This document shows, in pieces, positions 39,400-51,370 of a DNA stretch of 64,000 nt (the stretch's first letter is position 1; each line of letters begins with the position of its first letter). The position numbers and the translations under genes are program-made. The notes under the pieces were generated by a model that did not search any database, had not been told where the DNA came from, and worked only from the letters and a program-made list of their open reading frames with translations. Source of the stretch: Spirochaetales bacterium (lineage in GTDB: Bacteria > Spirochaetota > Spirochaetia > Sphaerochaetales > Sphaerochaetaceae); NCBI GenBank assembly GCA_017478205.1, contig JAFVDZ010000045.1:1080-65079 (forward strand). The letters are read 5' to 3'.

Positions 39400-39791
39400 A
39401 GAAATATTCGTTTCCTGTAAGAGTCTACTTTTCAGATACTGATGCAGAAGGGATTGTCTACTTCGCTCGCTATCTAGATTTCGCAGAGCATGCGAGAACA
39501 GAGATGCTGCGAGAGGTCTTTGGTGGACAGTCCGATATGATGAAGAAGCAAGGAATCTGCTTTGTCATCAGGAATATCAGCGCTGATTACAGGTCCCCAG
39601 CTTATCTTGATGACCTGTTGACGGTTGAAACTTCCTTGATCGAAGCAAAACGCTTCAGCTGTTCATTCTCTCAGGATATATTGAGGGATGGAGAACTTCT
39701 GGTTCATACAGAGATTCGTGTAGCTTGCATAGATCTTGAAAAGAAGCGTCCTGCTTTGATTCCAGAGGAAATAATCGAAGCACTCAAATAA
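39396..39791 (+). CDS. YbgC/FadM-family acyl-CoA thioesterase
   Basis: RVYFSDTDAEGIVYFARYL hot-dog motif. Confidence 0.9.
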   Translation: MKKYSFPVRVYFSDTDAEGIVYFARYLDFAEHARTEMLREVFGGQSDMMKKQGICFVIRNISADYRSPAYLDDLLTVETSLIEAKRFSCSFSQDILRDGELLVHTEIRVACIDLEKKRPALIPEEIIEALK

Positions 39792-39831
39792 AAGTTAAGG
39801 CAGCCATTTTTCTGGCTGCCTTTCACATCTC

Positions 39832-40623
39832 TTATTCAAGATTGGGAGCGAGTCCACTTTCAATTATCTCAAGCATCTTCTGAAAACCTTCTGCAGGGAA
39901 GTCTTCGAATTCTTGACCTAGATTCTGGATCAACTTTCTTGCTTTTGCCATCTCCTTATCGTAGGTAGGTGTTCCCTTTGAAAGGTAAGCTCTGTAGATC
40001 GTTGTCAGCATCTGACCAACAGTATCATCCCAATATTCGCACTCTTTTCTGTGCTTTGAAAGTAAACTCAAGGCCTTTTTCTTCTTTCCTGATTTGTCGA
40101 GGAGCATTGCATATCTTATTACTGCCTGTATGACGTTGTATTCTCCTGGTTCATGTGTATCCATCAAAGTGTCATATACTAGCATGATAGCATCCTGTGC
40201 TTTCTGTATCTCTCCACAAGCTTCAAGACAGTCTACAAGAAGGAAGTGGCAATCAATGATGATATCATCTTCCAAATTGGTATCTAAAGTATCTGAAATT
40301 ACATCGAGAAGAGGGATGAGTGCCTTTTCTGCTTCGTCGTTGTGATATAGTGAAAGAGCATAGTCGTATGTACATTTATATAGAATGTCATTGTAATATG
40401 CGATATCTACGTACTTCTGAAAGCCCTGATATGCACTTTCAAGGTGAGATAAGCTATCTTCATTCTTTCCATCGACGCTGAGTGCCATTGCATAATAGTA
40501 TTCAGCTTCAAGTGTTGCATAGTGTTCAGGGCCGAGTGCGTTGAATAAAGCTGTGTAGGCTTCCTTCCTATTCTTTAGGTCTTCCATCTGGATAACCTGC
40601 ATGCGTTCAATATTATCGTACAT
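39832..40623 (-). CDS. TPR-like helical repeat hypothetical protein
   Basis: Repeated YxxAxAL..G..EEAL helices; acidic composition. Confidence 0.6.
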   Translation of the reverse strand: MYDNIERMQVIQMEDLKNRKEAYTALFNALGPEHYATLEAEYYYAMALSVDGKNEDSLSHLESAYQGFQKYVDIAYYNDILYKCTYDYALSLYHNDEAEKALIPLLDVISDTLDTNLEDDIIIDCHFLLVDCLEACGEIQKAQDAIMLVYDTLMDTHEPGEYNVIQAVIRYAMLLDKSGKKKKALSLLSKHRKECEYWDDTVGQMLTTIYRAYLSKGTPTYDKEMAKARKLIQNLGQEFEDFPAEGFQKMLEIIESGLAPNLE

Positions 40624-40728
40624 AGATTCGAGTATATCACATTAACCAAATATGAATTAACTACCTTAGAGCGATGAGATTAGAATAATCCCTGGAATTT
40701 TTTGTCTTTAGTGGGAGAGATAAAGAAG

Positions 40729-41574
40729 ATGAAAATGGTTACCATGCAAAACATTTCTGATGCGTGTGGTTTTTCTATTACTACAGTCTCGAATGTACTA
40801 AATAACAATGGTAAGTTCTCAAGTAAGACTCGTGATAAGGTTATGATGACTGCAAAGCGTCTTGGCTATCTTATTGATTATTCGCTCTATGAAGATAAAC
40901 TGATCGCAATAAAGATATCGGAAGGGATAAAAGAGCATGAAAGGGAAGCTCTTATTTCTCTTTTATCATCTATTGCATTCTCTATGGGACTTACGCTCCA
41001 GCTTGCAAGGCCTGATGAAGTATATCCTGCATTGCTTGCAATTGGAAAACTCACTGACAAACAGGAGAAGGACTTGAAGGAGCACGCAGCTTCATTTATC
41101 CATGTAGATGATAATAAGAGTCTGGAGCTTGGACCTGTCAGGACAGCAAGGTTGGTTGTGGAGACACTTTCTACCTTGCAGGTGTTTGATCCTGTTGTTC
41201 TGTATGATAGAAAGTCGATTCTTGATCAGTTTGAGGGGCTTGAAAGATATGAGAGATTAGATATTGAGTCTTGGGATGAAAGAAGAATTGAAAAAGAACT
41301 ATCGAAGTTTGAACACAGAACCTTCATTCTTCTCTGTCCACATGATAAAGAGATGCTTTTCCGTGTTCTGAAGCGACTTGATAACAGAGGTCTTCTCTTG
41401 CTTGTAAATTACACAGGGCACGAGATGTTTGATGATAGTAATATGAGATACCTGAGATTCGATGTCTATGAAGTTACTGCAATTGCTCAACTTCTTGCAA
41501 TGCTTTCAGATAAAAAGGGTAGTGGTGATGATCTAGTTCTAAAGACTAGTATCTCCTTGATGGGTGGTATATGA
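40729..41574 (+). CDS. LacI-family regulator with divergent ligand-binding domain
   Basis: VTMQNISDACGFSITTVSNVLN...TRDKV...AKRLGY HTH. Confidence 0.8.
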   Translation: MKMVTMQNISDACGFSITTVSNVLNNNGKFSSKTRDKVMMTAKRLGYLIDYSLYEDKLIAIKISEGIKEHEREALISLLSSIAFSMGLTLQLARPDEVYPALLAIGKLTDKQEKDLKEHAASFIHVDDNKSLELGPVRTARLVVETLSTLQVFDPVVLYDRKSILDQFEGLERYERLDIESWDERRIEKELSKFEHRTFILLCPHDKEMLFRVLKRLDNRGLLLLVNYTGHEMFDDSNMRYLRFDVYEVTAIAQLLAMLSDKKGSGDDLVLKTSISLMGGI

Positions 41575-41616
41575 TTGACTTGAACTCATGATAGATGTTA
41601 ATTTCAACTTGCATTT

Positions 41617-41690
41617 CGGGATATAGCGCAGGGGTTTAGCGTATCAGTCTGGGGGACTGGGGGTCGCCGGTTCAAATCCGGCTATCCCGA
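41617..41690 (+). tRNA. tRNA-Pro(GGG)
   Basis: CGGGATA/TATCCCG acceptor stem, loop CTGGGGG, GGTTCAAAT T-arm. Confidence 0.92.
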
Positions 41691-41762
41691 TTACATGGGA
41701 CCAATCCCAATATAGGAAAAACGGCATAGATTCTCAGTTGTCTCTATGCCGTTTTCTTGTCC

Positions 41763-42728
41763 TCAGCCAAGATTCAGAATGTTCATCAAGACTGAAATCA
41801 TGATTGTTTTCTCCTTAGGTCTTGATTCAGCTATGAGCAGTGTCATTGCAGCTAGTGCACCATTACTTATTACAGCTCTTTCTCCATCTCTTTTCATCAG
41901 ACCATTCTTATGAAGAAAAGCAAGAAAGAGCGTTGCTGCAATTCTTTTGCACCCATCATTGAAAGGGTGGTCCTTTATGAGAAGATACAAAAGGTTGGCA
42001 GCTTTTTCTTCAAGCGTTGGATATACATCTTGACCGAATACACTCTGATAGACATTGCACAGAATTCCTTCAAGCTGTCCATCTTCCTTTTCAGTTCCAA
42101 ATAGGGTGGAAGAAAGACCAAATTTCATCTTGCTGATTATATTACGGCATTCATCAAGCTCAAGTTTCTGAAATACAACATTTCCTTTAGGCTTCGTGAC
42201 ACATTGATGGTCATAGTTATCTAAAAGGTCCAAAGCTTGAGTGTATCTGTTGATTACAGACAGTATTTCTTCTTCTTCGATCCCTACTGTGTGGGAAATT
42301 ATCCTGGACTCTATTTCTATAGTTTTGTTCAGAGCTTCAATTCTTTTCTGGTTGATCGCATAGCCTTGGAGAATATATTGCTTGAGGACGCTATTTGCCC
42401 ACTGACGAAACTCAACACCTCTTTTTGATTTCACTCGGTATCCAACAGAGATGATTACATCTAAGTTGTAGTACTGAGTTTGACGTGTTTGAGTTTTGCC
42501 TGAGATAGCACCATGCTTAGTGGTTGTCAAGAAATCCTTTACAACCACTTCCCTTGACAGTTCTTTTTCCTTGAAGCAGTTGTTTATATGCAAGCTTATG
42601 TTCTGCTTCGTTGTGGAAAAGAGAAGAGCCATTTCCGTTTGATTTAACCAAACTGTTTCAGCATCTACTTTGACAGGGATGGTTACCGACTCATCTTTTG
42701 TTTCAAATAGAATTAATTCATTATCCAT
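41763..42728 (-). CDS. RhuM-family/Fic(Doc) domain protein
   Basis: TVWLNQTEMALLF, YNLDVIISVGYRVKSKRG (RhuM); YPTLEEKAA and HPFNDGCKR (Fic). Confidence 0.9.
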   Translation of the reverse strand: MDNELILFETKDESVTIPVKVDAETVWLNQTEMALLFSTTKQNISLHINNCFKEKELSREVVVKDFLTTTKHGAISGKTQTRQTQYYNLDVIISVGYRVKSKRGVEFRQWANSVLKQYILQGYAINQKRIEALNKTIEIESRIISHTVGIEEEEILSVINRYTQALDLLDNYDHQCVTKPKGNVVFQKLELDECRNIISKMKFGLSSTLFGTEKEDGQLEGILCNVYQSVFGQDVYPTLEEKAANLLYLLIKDHPFNDGCKRIAATLFLAFLHKNGLMKRDGERAVISNGALAAMTLLIAESRPKEKTIMISVLMNILNLG

Positions 42729-42951
42729 GAATTTGTTGTAGCACCAACTGATTTGAAAAAATATAAACCAGTAGTTGAATTGCATTCTGGTTGGATGTTC
42801 ATCTCTTAAGACATTCCATTTACCAAGATGAAGGGGAGTGTATGAGCTCTTCTTTGAATATCATCGTTTTTTCTGGGCTCTTGTTACGTACAAGTAAAAA
42901 TGTTACATTAATCGCCGGTAAAAAATTACTGTTGGAGAAGCTATTATTTCT

Positions 42952-44259
42952 ATGCAAACTCTTTTATTGATTACTATTGCTCTTTTTTCAGGGTTATTGA
43001 TGACCCGTCTATTTGTCAAATTCCGTCTACCTGACGTTACAGCATATCTTGTTGCCGGTGTACTTATCGGCCCTTGTGTAATTGGAAGGCTGGGAATTGG
43101 ATTCACATCCTTTGAACTTGTAGATTCTCTTTCAATCATAAGCGATGTAGCACTGGGCTTCATTGCCTTTGCAATCGGTCATGAGTTCAGGCTCTCTGCA
43201 CTCAAGAATACTGGTAGGCAGGCAACGATCATTGGTATATTGCAGGCAGTAATTGCATCTGCATTTGTCGATGTAGCCTTGATCGCTTTCCATTTTATTC
43301 GCCCTGATCTCATTAGCTTGCCAGTTGCCATCACACTTGGTGCAATTGCATCTGCAACAGCACCAGCTGCTACACTCATGGTTGTCCGTCAGTATAAGGC
43401 AAAGGGACCTGTTACAGATGTTCTTCTTCCTGTTGTTGCCCTTGATGACGCAGTTGGTCTTGTAATCTTTGCAATCTCCTTCGGTGTTGCCCAGGCAATG
43501 AAGAATGGAACTACACATGTTGCTTCCTTGATATTGGAGCCTTTGATGGAGGTTGTCCTCTCTTTGGGCTTTGGTGGCCTGGTCGGTTTTGTATTGACAT
43601 TCCTCGAGAGATACTTCCATTCACACAGAAACAGAAATGCACTCATTGTCGGTAGCGTAATACTTGCAGTTGCAGTAAGCCAGATCAAGATTCCTGTAGG
43701 ACCATTTACATTTGGTTTCTCAAGCCTGCTTGTCTGTATGATGCTCGGTACTGTTTTCTGCAACTTCTGTCCACTCAGTGAGGATTTGATGCTGCAGGCA
43801 GACCGCTGGTCTGGTCCTGCTATCACACTCTTCTTTGTTCTAAGTGGTGCAGAATTGAGATTCAATGTTTTTTCAGATCCATCAGTCATCTTGATCGGCC
43901 TGATATATATCCTCTCCCGTTCCCTTGGAAAATACTTCGGTGCTAAATGGTCTGCAATTTTGGCAAACAGCCCTGAGACAGTAAGAAAGTACCTAGGTAT
44001 CACACTTCTTCCTCAGGCTGGTGTAGCACTTGGCATGAGTGCCACAGTATCCCGTGTAATGGGAGGCTACGATGGTACCTTGATAAGAAACATCGTACTG
44101 TTTGGCGTTCTCATCTACGAGCTTCTTGGTCCTAGCATGACAAAGATAGCTCTGACTAAAGCTGGAGATATCAAGGAGAAATCCTCAGAGCTCAAGGGAA
44201 GACGAAAGAAAGCATTGGAGAGTGTCACAAAGCCTGTGCCTCCAAGGTTTGACAAGTAA
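42952..44259 (+). CDS. Cation:proton antiporter (Na+/H+ exchanger family)
   Basis: About 12 TMs; ASATAPAAT, VALDDAVG and LPQAGVALG. Confidence 0.9.
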   Translation: MQTLLLITIALFSGLLMTRLFVKFRLPDVTAYLVAGVLIGPCVIGRLGIGFTSFELVDSLSIISDVALGFIAFAIGHEFRLSALKNTGRQATIIGILQAVIASAFVDVALIAFHFIRPDLISLPVAITLGAIASATAPAATLMVVRQYKAKGPVTDVLLPVVALDDAVGLVIFAISFGVAQAMKNGTTHVASLILEPLMEVVLSLGFGGLVGFVLTFLERYFHSHRNRNALIVGSVILAVAVSQIKIPVGPFTFGFSSLLVCMMLGTVFCNFCPLSEDLMLQADRWSGPAITLFFVLSGAELRFNVFSDPSVILIGLIYILSRSLGKYFGAKWSAILANSPETVRKYLGITLLPQAGVALGMSATVSRVMGGYDGTLIRNIVLFGVLIYELLGPSMTKIALTKAGDIKEKSSELKGRRKKALESVTKPVPPRFDK

Positions 44260-44519
44260 GATAAGAAGGATGGATGAAGAAGTTTTTTCAGCTTCCATCC
44301 TTATTTATTTTGTGCCCATGAGCGAGGGATGGATAACTTAGACTCATGGAAATGTAATAACTAATTATCTATACCATTGGACACTTTTATGTACTTCTCT
44401 GATACATGAAAGTGTTTTTCGTTTGATGATTCGACACTAGCAACTCTTTTTGCAATATAAAATTGCTAGCTGCAATATTTGGCTATATAATTAACAATCA
44501 ACGAAAAACACTGAAATAA

Positions 44520-45974
<1,455 letters not shown>

Positions 45975-46020
45975 TGTTGAAACACTTATAGAAACATATT
46001 TTCAAAAAAAGAGGTAATAT

Positions 46021-47934
46021 ATGGATTTCAAAGTTCTAGCGACCACCATCTTAGAAAAAGTCGGTGGTAAGGAAAACGTAAACCATGTCGTGCACTGTGC
46101 GACAAGGCTTCGCTTCACACTGAAAGATGCATCACAGGCCAAGACTGATGAGCTCAAAAAGACCAAGGGTGTACTGTCTGTAGTTAATGCAGGTGGACAG
46201 TATCAGATAGTCATCGGTCCAGATGTACCTCAGGTATATCAGGAAGTCATTCAGATCGGAGGGTTCTCCGCAGCTGCTCCTATAGATGATCCAGATGCTG
46301 AGAAGGAAGATACACGCTCTCCTCTTTCAAAGGCACTTGAAGGTATTGCAAGCATCTTCCAGCCTATAATTCCTGCCATCACTGGTGCAGGTCTCTTGAA
46401 GGCTCTCATGGCTCTCTTCTCTGCTATGGGCATTCTCAAGGGTGGCACACAGACCTATATCATCTTGAACGCAATGGCAGACGCTGCCTTCTATTTCATG
46501 CCAATTCTCCTAGCTGAATCATGTGCAAGAAAGTTCAAGTGTAATGTTGGTACCGCAATGGCTCTTGCTGGTGTACTCGTTTATCCAGCTATGATCACAC
46601 TGCTTCGTGGTGCAGAACCAGTTACTTTCCTTGGCTTCCTCCCTGTAACCAAGGCAACCTATACATCCTCTGTAATTCCAATCATCTTGGGTGTATGGTT
46701 CATGTCGATAGTTGAGCACTGGGCACAGAAGGTCTCTCCAAAAGCAATCAAGTTCTTCTCTGTTCCTCTTCTCAGCCTCCTCGTAGGTGGTACTGTTACT
46801 CTCGTAGTCCTCGGACCGATCGGCGCATGGGTATCCAATATCATCAACGTATTCTTTACCTGGCTCAATAATACAATTCCATGGGTTGTTCCAACTATCG
46901 TTGGTATCTTCAGCCCAATGCTTGTAATGACAGGTACACACTATGGTCTGATCCCAATTGGTACAAACAACCTCGCTACAGTAAAGTGGGATACTGTTGT
47001 TGGTCCTGGTATGCTCGTATCTAACGTAGCACAGGGTGCTGCTGGTCTTGCTGTAGGCCTTCGCTCAAAGAATCCTGATACCAAGCAGCAGGCTTCTTCT
47101 GCAGGCCTTACCGCTGTGCTTGGTATCACGGAGCCAGTATTATATGGTGTAAACCTCAGATTCACATTCCCTCTTTATGCTGCAATGATCGGTGGCGGTT
47201 TCGGTGGCCTTTACCTCGGTATCACCAGAGTCGCAAGATTTGCAGGTGGCTCTCCTGGTCTTCTCGTTCTTCCTGCATATATTCCTACTGCTGATGTAAC
47301 TCCACTTGGATATACGATGGCAAACCTTGTAAATGCTGTAATCGGTGTCATCATCGCGATGGTAGTTGCCTTCGCTGTCAGCTATGTGCTCTTTGGTGTA
47401 TGGGCAAAGAAGGGTAAGCTAGATCCAGCAGAAACAGGAGAAAAGGTAGAGGATGAACCAAAGAAGAAGGTTGCTGCTGAGCATGCTGATGATGAGATCG
47501 TAGCTGTTGCAAATGGTGAACTCATTCCAGCTAGTAAGCTTGTAGACCCAATGTTTGCAGAAGAGTCCATGGGCCAGACAGTTGGTGTCGAGCCACAGAA
47601 TGGATTAATTGTTTCTCCTGCAAATGGTACACTTGAGATGGTATTCGAGACAGGTCATGCATTCAGTATCCGCATGAAGGATGGTACTGGTCTTCTTGTC
47701 CATATTGGTGTAGACACAGTCAAATTGAATGGAAAGGGCTTCAAGGTCCTCAAGAAGCAAGGTGATGAAGTAAATGCTGGAGATGCTATAGTAGAAGCAG
47801 ATCTAAAGGTCATCAAGGATGCAGGTCTTTCTGCTCAGACAATGATCGTCATCACAGAGCCTGCTGTTGAAGGTAAGAAAGCTGACTTCATCGAATTCGG
47901 TCCAGTTAAGGCAGGACAGAAGATCAATAAGTAA
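46021..47934 (+). CDS. bglF: PTS beta-glucoside transporter EIIBCA
   Basis: VHCATRLRF (EIIB Cys), GITEPVLYG (EIIC), LVHIGVDTV (EIIA His). Confidence 0.93.
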   Translation: MDFKVLATTILEKVGGKENVNHVVHCATRLRFTLKDASQAKTDELKKTKGVLSVVNAGGQYQIVIGPDVPQVYQEVIQIGGFSAAAPIDDPDAEKEDTRSPLSKALEGIASIFQPIIPAITGAGLLKALMALFSAMGILKGGTQTYIILNAMADAAFYFMPILLAESCARKFKCNVGTAMALAGVLVYPAMITLLRGAEPVTFLGFLPVTKATYTSSVIPIILGVWFMSIVEHWAQKVSPKAIKFFSVPLLSLLVGGTVTLVVLGPIGAWVSNIINVFFTWLNNTIPWVVPTIVGIFSPMLVMTGTHYGLIPIGTNNLATVKWDTVVGPGMLVSNVAQGAAGLAVGLRSKNPDTKQQASSAGLTAVLGITEPVLYGVNLRFTFPLYAAMIGGGFGGLYLGITRVARFAGGSPGLLVLPAYIPTADVTPLGYTMANLVNAVIGVIIAMVVAFAVSYVLFGVWAKKGKLDPAETGEKVEDEPKKKVAAEHADDEIVAVANGELIPASKLVDPMFAEESMGQTVGVEPQNGLIVSPANGTLEMVFETGHAFSIRMKDGTGLLVHIGVDTVKLNGKGFKVLKKQGDEVNAGDAIVEADLKVIKDAGLSAQTMIVITEPAVEGKKADFIEFGPVKAGQKINK

Positions 47935-48094
47935 TCTTACTGTAAATAAATCAAGATGAAGGGGCTCTCTTTCTAGAGTCCCGGTTATCACAATTGATCC
48001 AGCTTCATATGGGGCTGGATTTTTCTATCATCAAGAGAAGCTTGAATGAAGTATTACATTGCTTTTTGAAGTATTTTTACTTAAGCTTTTCTTG

Positions 48095-48682
48095 ATGGAT
48101 ATGACAATTGAATATTATGAGAATAACGCTGCTGACTTTGCATCCTCAACTATAGATGTACCAATGGAGAGTACCCAGGAAAGGTTTCTTGAAAGAATTG
48201 AGAAGGGAGCCTATATACTCGATTTTGGTTGTGGGGCTGGTAGGGATACAAAGTATTTCCTTTCGAAGGGATATAGAGTTGATGCAACTGATGGTTCTGA
48301 GGAGCTATGCAAGATAGCAAGCAAGAACACTGGAATAAATGTCAGAAGACTTCTCTTTACAGAACTCTGTGAAAAGGATTTATATGATGCCATATGGGCC
48401 TGTTCATCAATCCTCCATCTTGATAGAAGGACACTTGCTGAAGTGTTTTATAAGATGCACTCATCACTCAAGGACAATGGCATTGTCTATACGTCTTTCA
48501 AATATGGTGAATTTGAAGGCTATAGGAATGGACGATATTTCATAGATTTCACCAAAGAGTCATTCAATTCCTTCCTTTCTGAATGTGGGTTGTTTTCTCT
48601 TGTAGATGAATGGGTGACATCTGATGCGAGACCTGGTAGAGGTGATGAGAAGTGGCTGAATCTTATCTTGAAGAAAGATTGA
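48095..48682 (+). CDS. Class I SAM-dependent methyltransferase (TehB-like)
   Basis: ILDFGCGAGRD motif I and DAIWACSSILHL; no DNA-methyltransferase DPPY/NPPY/PC motif. Confidence 0.85.
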   Translation: MDMTIEYYENNAADFASSTIDVPMESTQERFLERIEKGAYILDFGCGAGRDTKYFLSKGYRVDATDGSEELCKIASKNTGINVRRLLFTELCEKDLYDAIWACSSILHLDRRTLAEVFYKMHSSLKDNGIVYTSFKYGEFEGYRNGRYFIDFTKESFNSFLSECGLFSLVDEWVTSDARPGRGDEKWLNLILKKD

Positions 48683-51111
48683 ATCAAGCTTCTACCATGA
48701 CTGGTGATATATATGAGCAAAGACAACTATATCACCAGATGAAGAAAAGTCTTGAGAGGGCAGATAGAATAGATATCATCGTTTCCTTTTTGATGGAATC
48801 GGGTGTCAGACTTTTGCTTGATGATCTGAAGAGAGCCCTCTCACGTAAAGTCAAAATAAGACTGTTGACTGGCAATTATCTTGGTATCACACAACCATCT
48901 GCACTCTATCTTGTAAAGTATGAGCTTGGTGAAGATGTTGATCTGAGATTCTACAATGAGAAAACAAGATCCTTTCATCCTAAAGCATACTTTTTCCATT
49001 ATCAGGACTACAGCGAAATCTATATAGGATCGTCAAATATTTCAAAGAGTGCACTCACTTCTGGAATTGAATGGAATTATCGTTTTACAAGCGAGAGCGA
49101 TAGAAAAAGTTATGATGAGTTCTTCTCTGTTTTCAATGACCTTTTTCTTAACCATTCCATCTTGATAGACGATGAGAGATTGAGAGAATACTCCAAATCC
49201 TATCATAGACCTTCCTGTATGAAGGATCTTGAAGAGTATGATGAAGGTGGAAACCAGGAAGAAAGTAAGCATACTGACTTCTTCAGACCACGAGGTGCTC
49301 AGATAGAAGCACTCTGTGCTCTTGCCAGCACGAGAGATGAAGGAGCATCGAAGGCACTTGTAGTTGCTGCAACTGGGGTTGGAAAGACAGCTATTGCGGC
49401 CTTCGATTCTATCGGGTATGAAAGTATCCTCTTTGTTTCTCATAGAGAGGAGATATTGAAGCAGGCTGCCAGAACATTTTCTAGCATCCGGAAAACCAAT
49501 GATTATGGTTTTTTCGATGGAAAGAGTAAGTGCAATGACAAGCCACTGATCTTTGCATCTGTTTCAACGCTTGCAAACAATAGATATCTAGATGATGAAT
49601 ACTTCAAGAGAGATCAATTCAAGTATCTTGTAATCGATGAGATACATCATGGTGTTACCAGTCAATACAGGAAAGTAATAGATTATTTCAAGCCTAACTT
49701 CATGCTTGGACTTACTGCTACACCAGAAAGAATGGATGGGAGAAGTATCTACGAGGTTTGTGATTACAATGTACCGTATGAACTGACACTCAAATCGGCG
49801 ATAAATCAGGGGATGCTTGTTCCTTTCCATTACTATGGTATCTATGATGACACTGTAGATTATACTGATATCCATCTGGTCAGAGGCCATTACGATGAGA
49901 ATGAATTGAATGAACGCTTCTTGGGAAACGAGAGAAGATATAATCTCATATTCAATTATTACAGAAAGTATGGCTCTGACAGAGCCTTGGGCTTCTGTTC
50001 ATCTCGGCTTCATGCCGAGGCCATGGCAAAGGCATTTTCAGAAAGAGGTATTCCTTCAGTTGCTGTATATAGCAATGGAGAAGGGGAATACTCAAGAGAA
50101 AGAAGTATAGCGATAAATGATTTGGAGGAAGGAAAGGTAAAGGTTATCTTTTCTGTGGACATGTTCAACGAAGGCGTTGATATCCCTTCGGTAGATATGG
50201 TCATGTTCCTTCGTCCAACAGAGTCTCCAGTCGTATTTCTACAGCAACTTGGAAGAGGATTGAGAAAGGATAGGGATAAATATTATCTCACAGTTCTTGA
50301 TTTCATCGGCAATTATGAGCGATGTGGAAACGTCAGGAGATATCTCTTTGGAGATGATACAAAAGTAAGATCAAATCCGAAAAAGGGGAATAATCTCCCA
50401 GATGACTGTATTGTCGATTTCGATATGAGGCTTATCGATCTCTTTGAGAAAATGGACAACAGAAACAGGAAGACAAGGGAAATTATTCTTGATGAATATC
50501 ATAGGATTGAGGACCTGCTCTCCATGCGGCCAATGAGAATGGATCTCTTTACCTCCATGCAGGAGGATGTATATCAGCTGGCAATTGAGCATTCAAAGGA
50601 AAACCCTTTCAAGTGTTATCTTGAATATCTTCATTCTTTAAATGCTCTGGACGATGACGAAAAGAAACTTTATGAAGGCATAGGAAGAGAGTTCATTACA
50701 CTGCTAGAAACTACAAACATGACAAAGGTCTACAAGATGCCTGTGCTTCTTTCCTTCTACAATGATGGAGATATTCAGATGGATGTAAATGAAGAAATGC
50801 TCATTTCTGCTTGGAAGCGTTTCTTCACTACAGGAACAAACTACAAGGATCTCGATGAATCTATGACTTATGAGAAGTTCTGTAGTATGAGTGACAAGGA
50901 CCATCTGAAGAAGATAATCGAGATGCCTGTGAACTATCTCTACAAGTCAGGAAAAGGTTTCTTCGTAAAGAAGGAAGGCTCTGTACTATCTCTTTGTGAC
51001 AACATGAAGGATGTAATATCAATGCCTGCATTCAAGCTGCATATGAAGGATGTTGTTGAATACAGGATTATGGACTACTACAAGAGAAGATATCAAAATA
51101 GGGAAGGTTGA
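48652..51111 (+). CDS. PLD-nuclease + SF2 helicase fusion (SauUSI-like modification-dependent restriction candidate)
   Basis: FHPKAY...GSSN (HxK PLD), ATGVGKT, DEIHH, GLTATPER and QQLGRGLR; ~200-aa C-terminal domain starting MTKVYKMPVLL. Confidence 0.85.
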   Translation: MAESYLEERLNQASTMTGDIYEQRQLYHQMKKSLERADRIDIIVSFLMESGVRLLLDDLKRALSRKVKIRLLTGNYLGITQPSALYLVKYELGEDVDLRFYNEKTRSFHPKAYFFHYQDYSEIYIGSSNISKSALTSGIEWNYRFTSESDRKSYDEFFSVFNDLFLNHSILIDDERLREYSKSYHRPSCMKDLEEYDEGGNQEESKHTDFFRPRGAQIEALCALASTRDEGASKALVVAATGVGKTAIAAFDSIGYESILFVSHREEILKQAARTFSSIRKTNDYGFFDGKSKCNDKPLIFASVSTLANNRYLDDEYFKRDQFKYLVIDEIHHGVTSQYRKVIDYFKPNFMLGLTATPERMDGRSIYEVCDYNVPYELTLKSAINQGMLVPFHYYGIYDDTVDYTDIHLVRGHYDENELNERFLGNERRYNLIFNYYRKYGSDRALGFCSSRLHAEAMAKAFSERGIPSVAVYSNGEGEYSRERSIAINDLEEGKVKVIFSVDMFNEGVDIPSVDMVMFLRPTESPVVFLQQLGRGLRKDRDKYYLTVLDFIGNYERCGNVRRYLFGDDTKVRSNPKKGNNLPDDCIVDFDMRLIDLFEKMDNRNRKTREIILDEYHRIEDLLSMRPMRMDLFTSMQEDVYQLAIEHSKENPFKCYLEYLHSLNALDDDEKKLYEGIGREFITLLETTNMTKVYKMPVLLSFYNDGDIQMDVNEEMLISAWKRFFTTGTNYKDLDESMTYEKFCSMSDKDHLKKIIEMPVNYLYKSGKGFFVKKEGSVLSLCDNMKDVISMPAFKLHMKDVVEYRIMDYYKRRYQNREG

Positions 51112-51370
51112 TTCCTTTTCTTACGTACAGTCAAGAATTTGATAATCTTCCTCGAAACCAAACATCCTACGACAATTACTATCGATACTGAAATTGCTAG
51201 CTTCATTGAATTCATCCATACTTTTCCCATTTTCAATAGAAGATTTAAAATTATATACAATAGATGGGAGATAATAACTTTTGTGAAAAGAATTCAACAA
51301 CATTCTGAATCATATTACTAATTTATAACTTATTATAAATCAGAAATTTATATGCGTTTATAAATATGAT

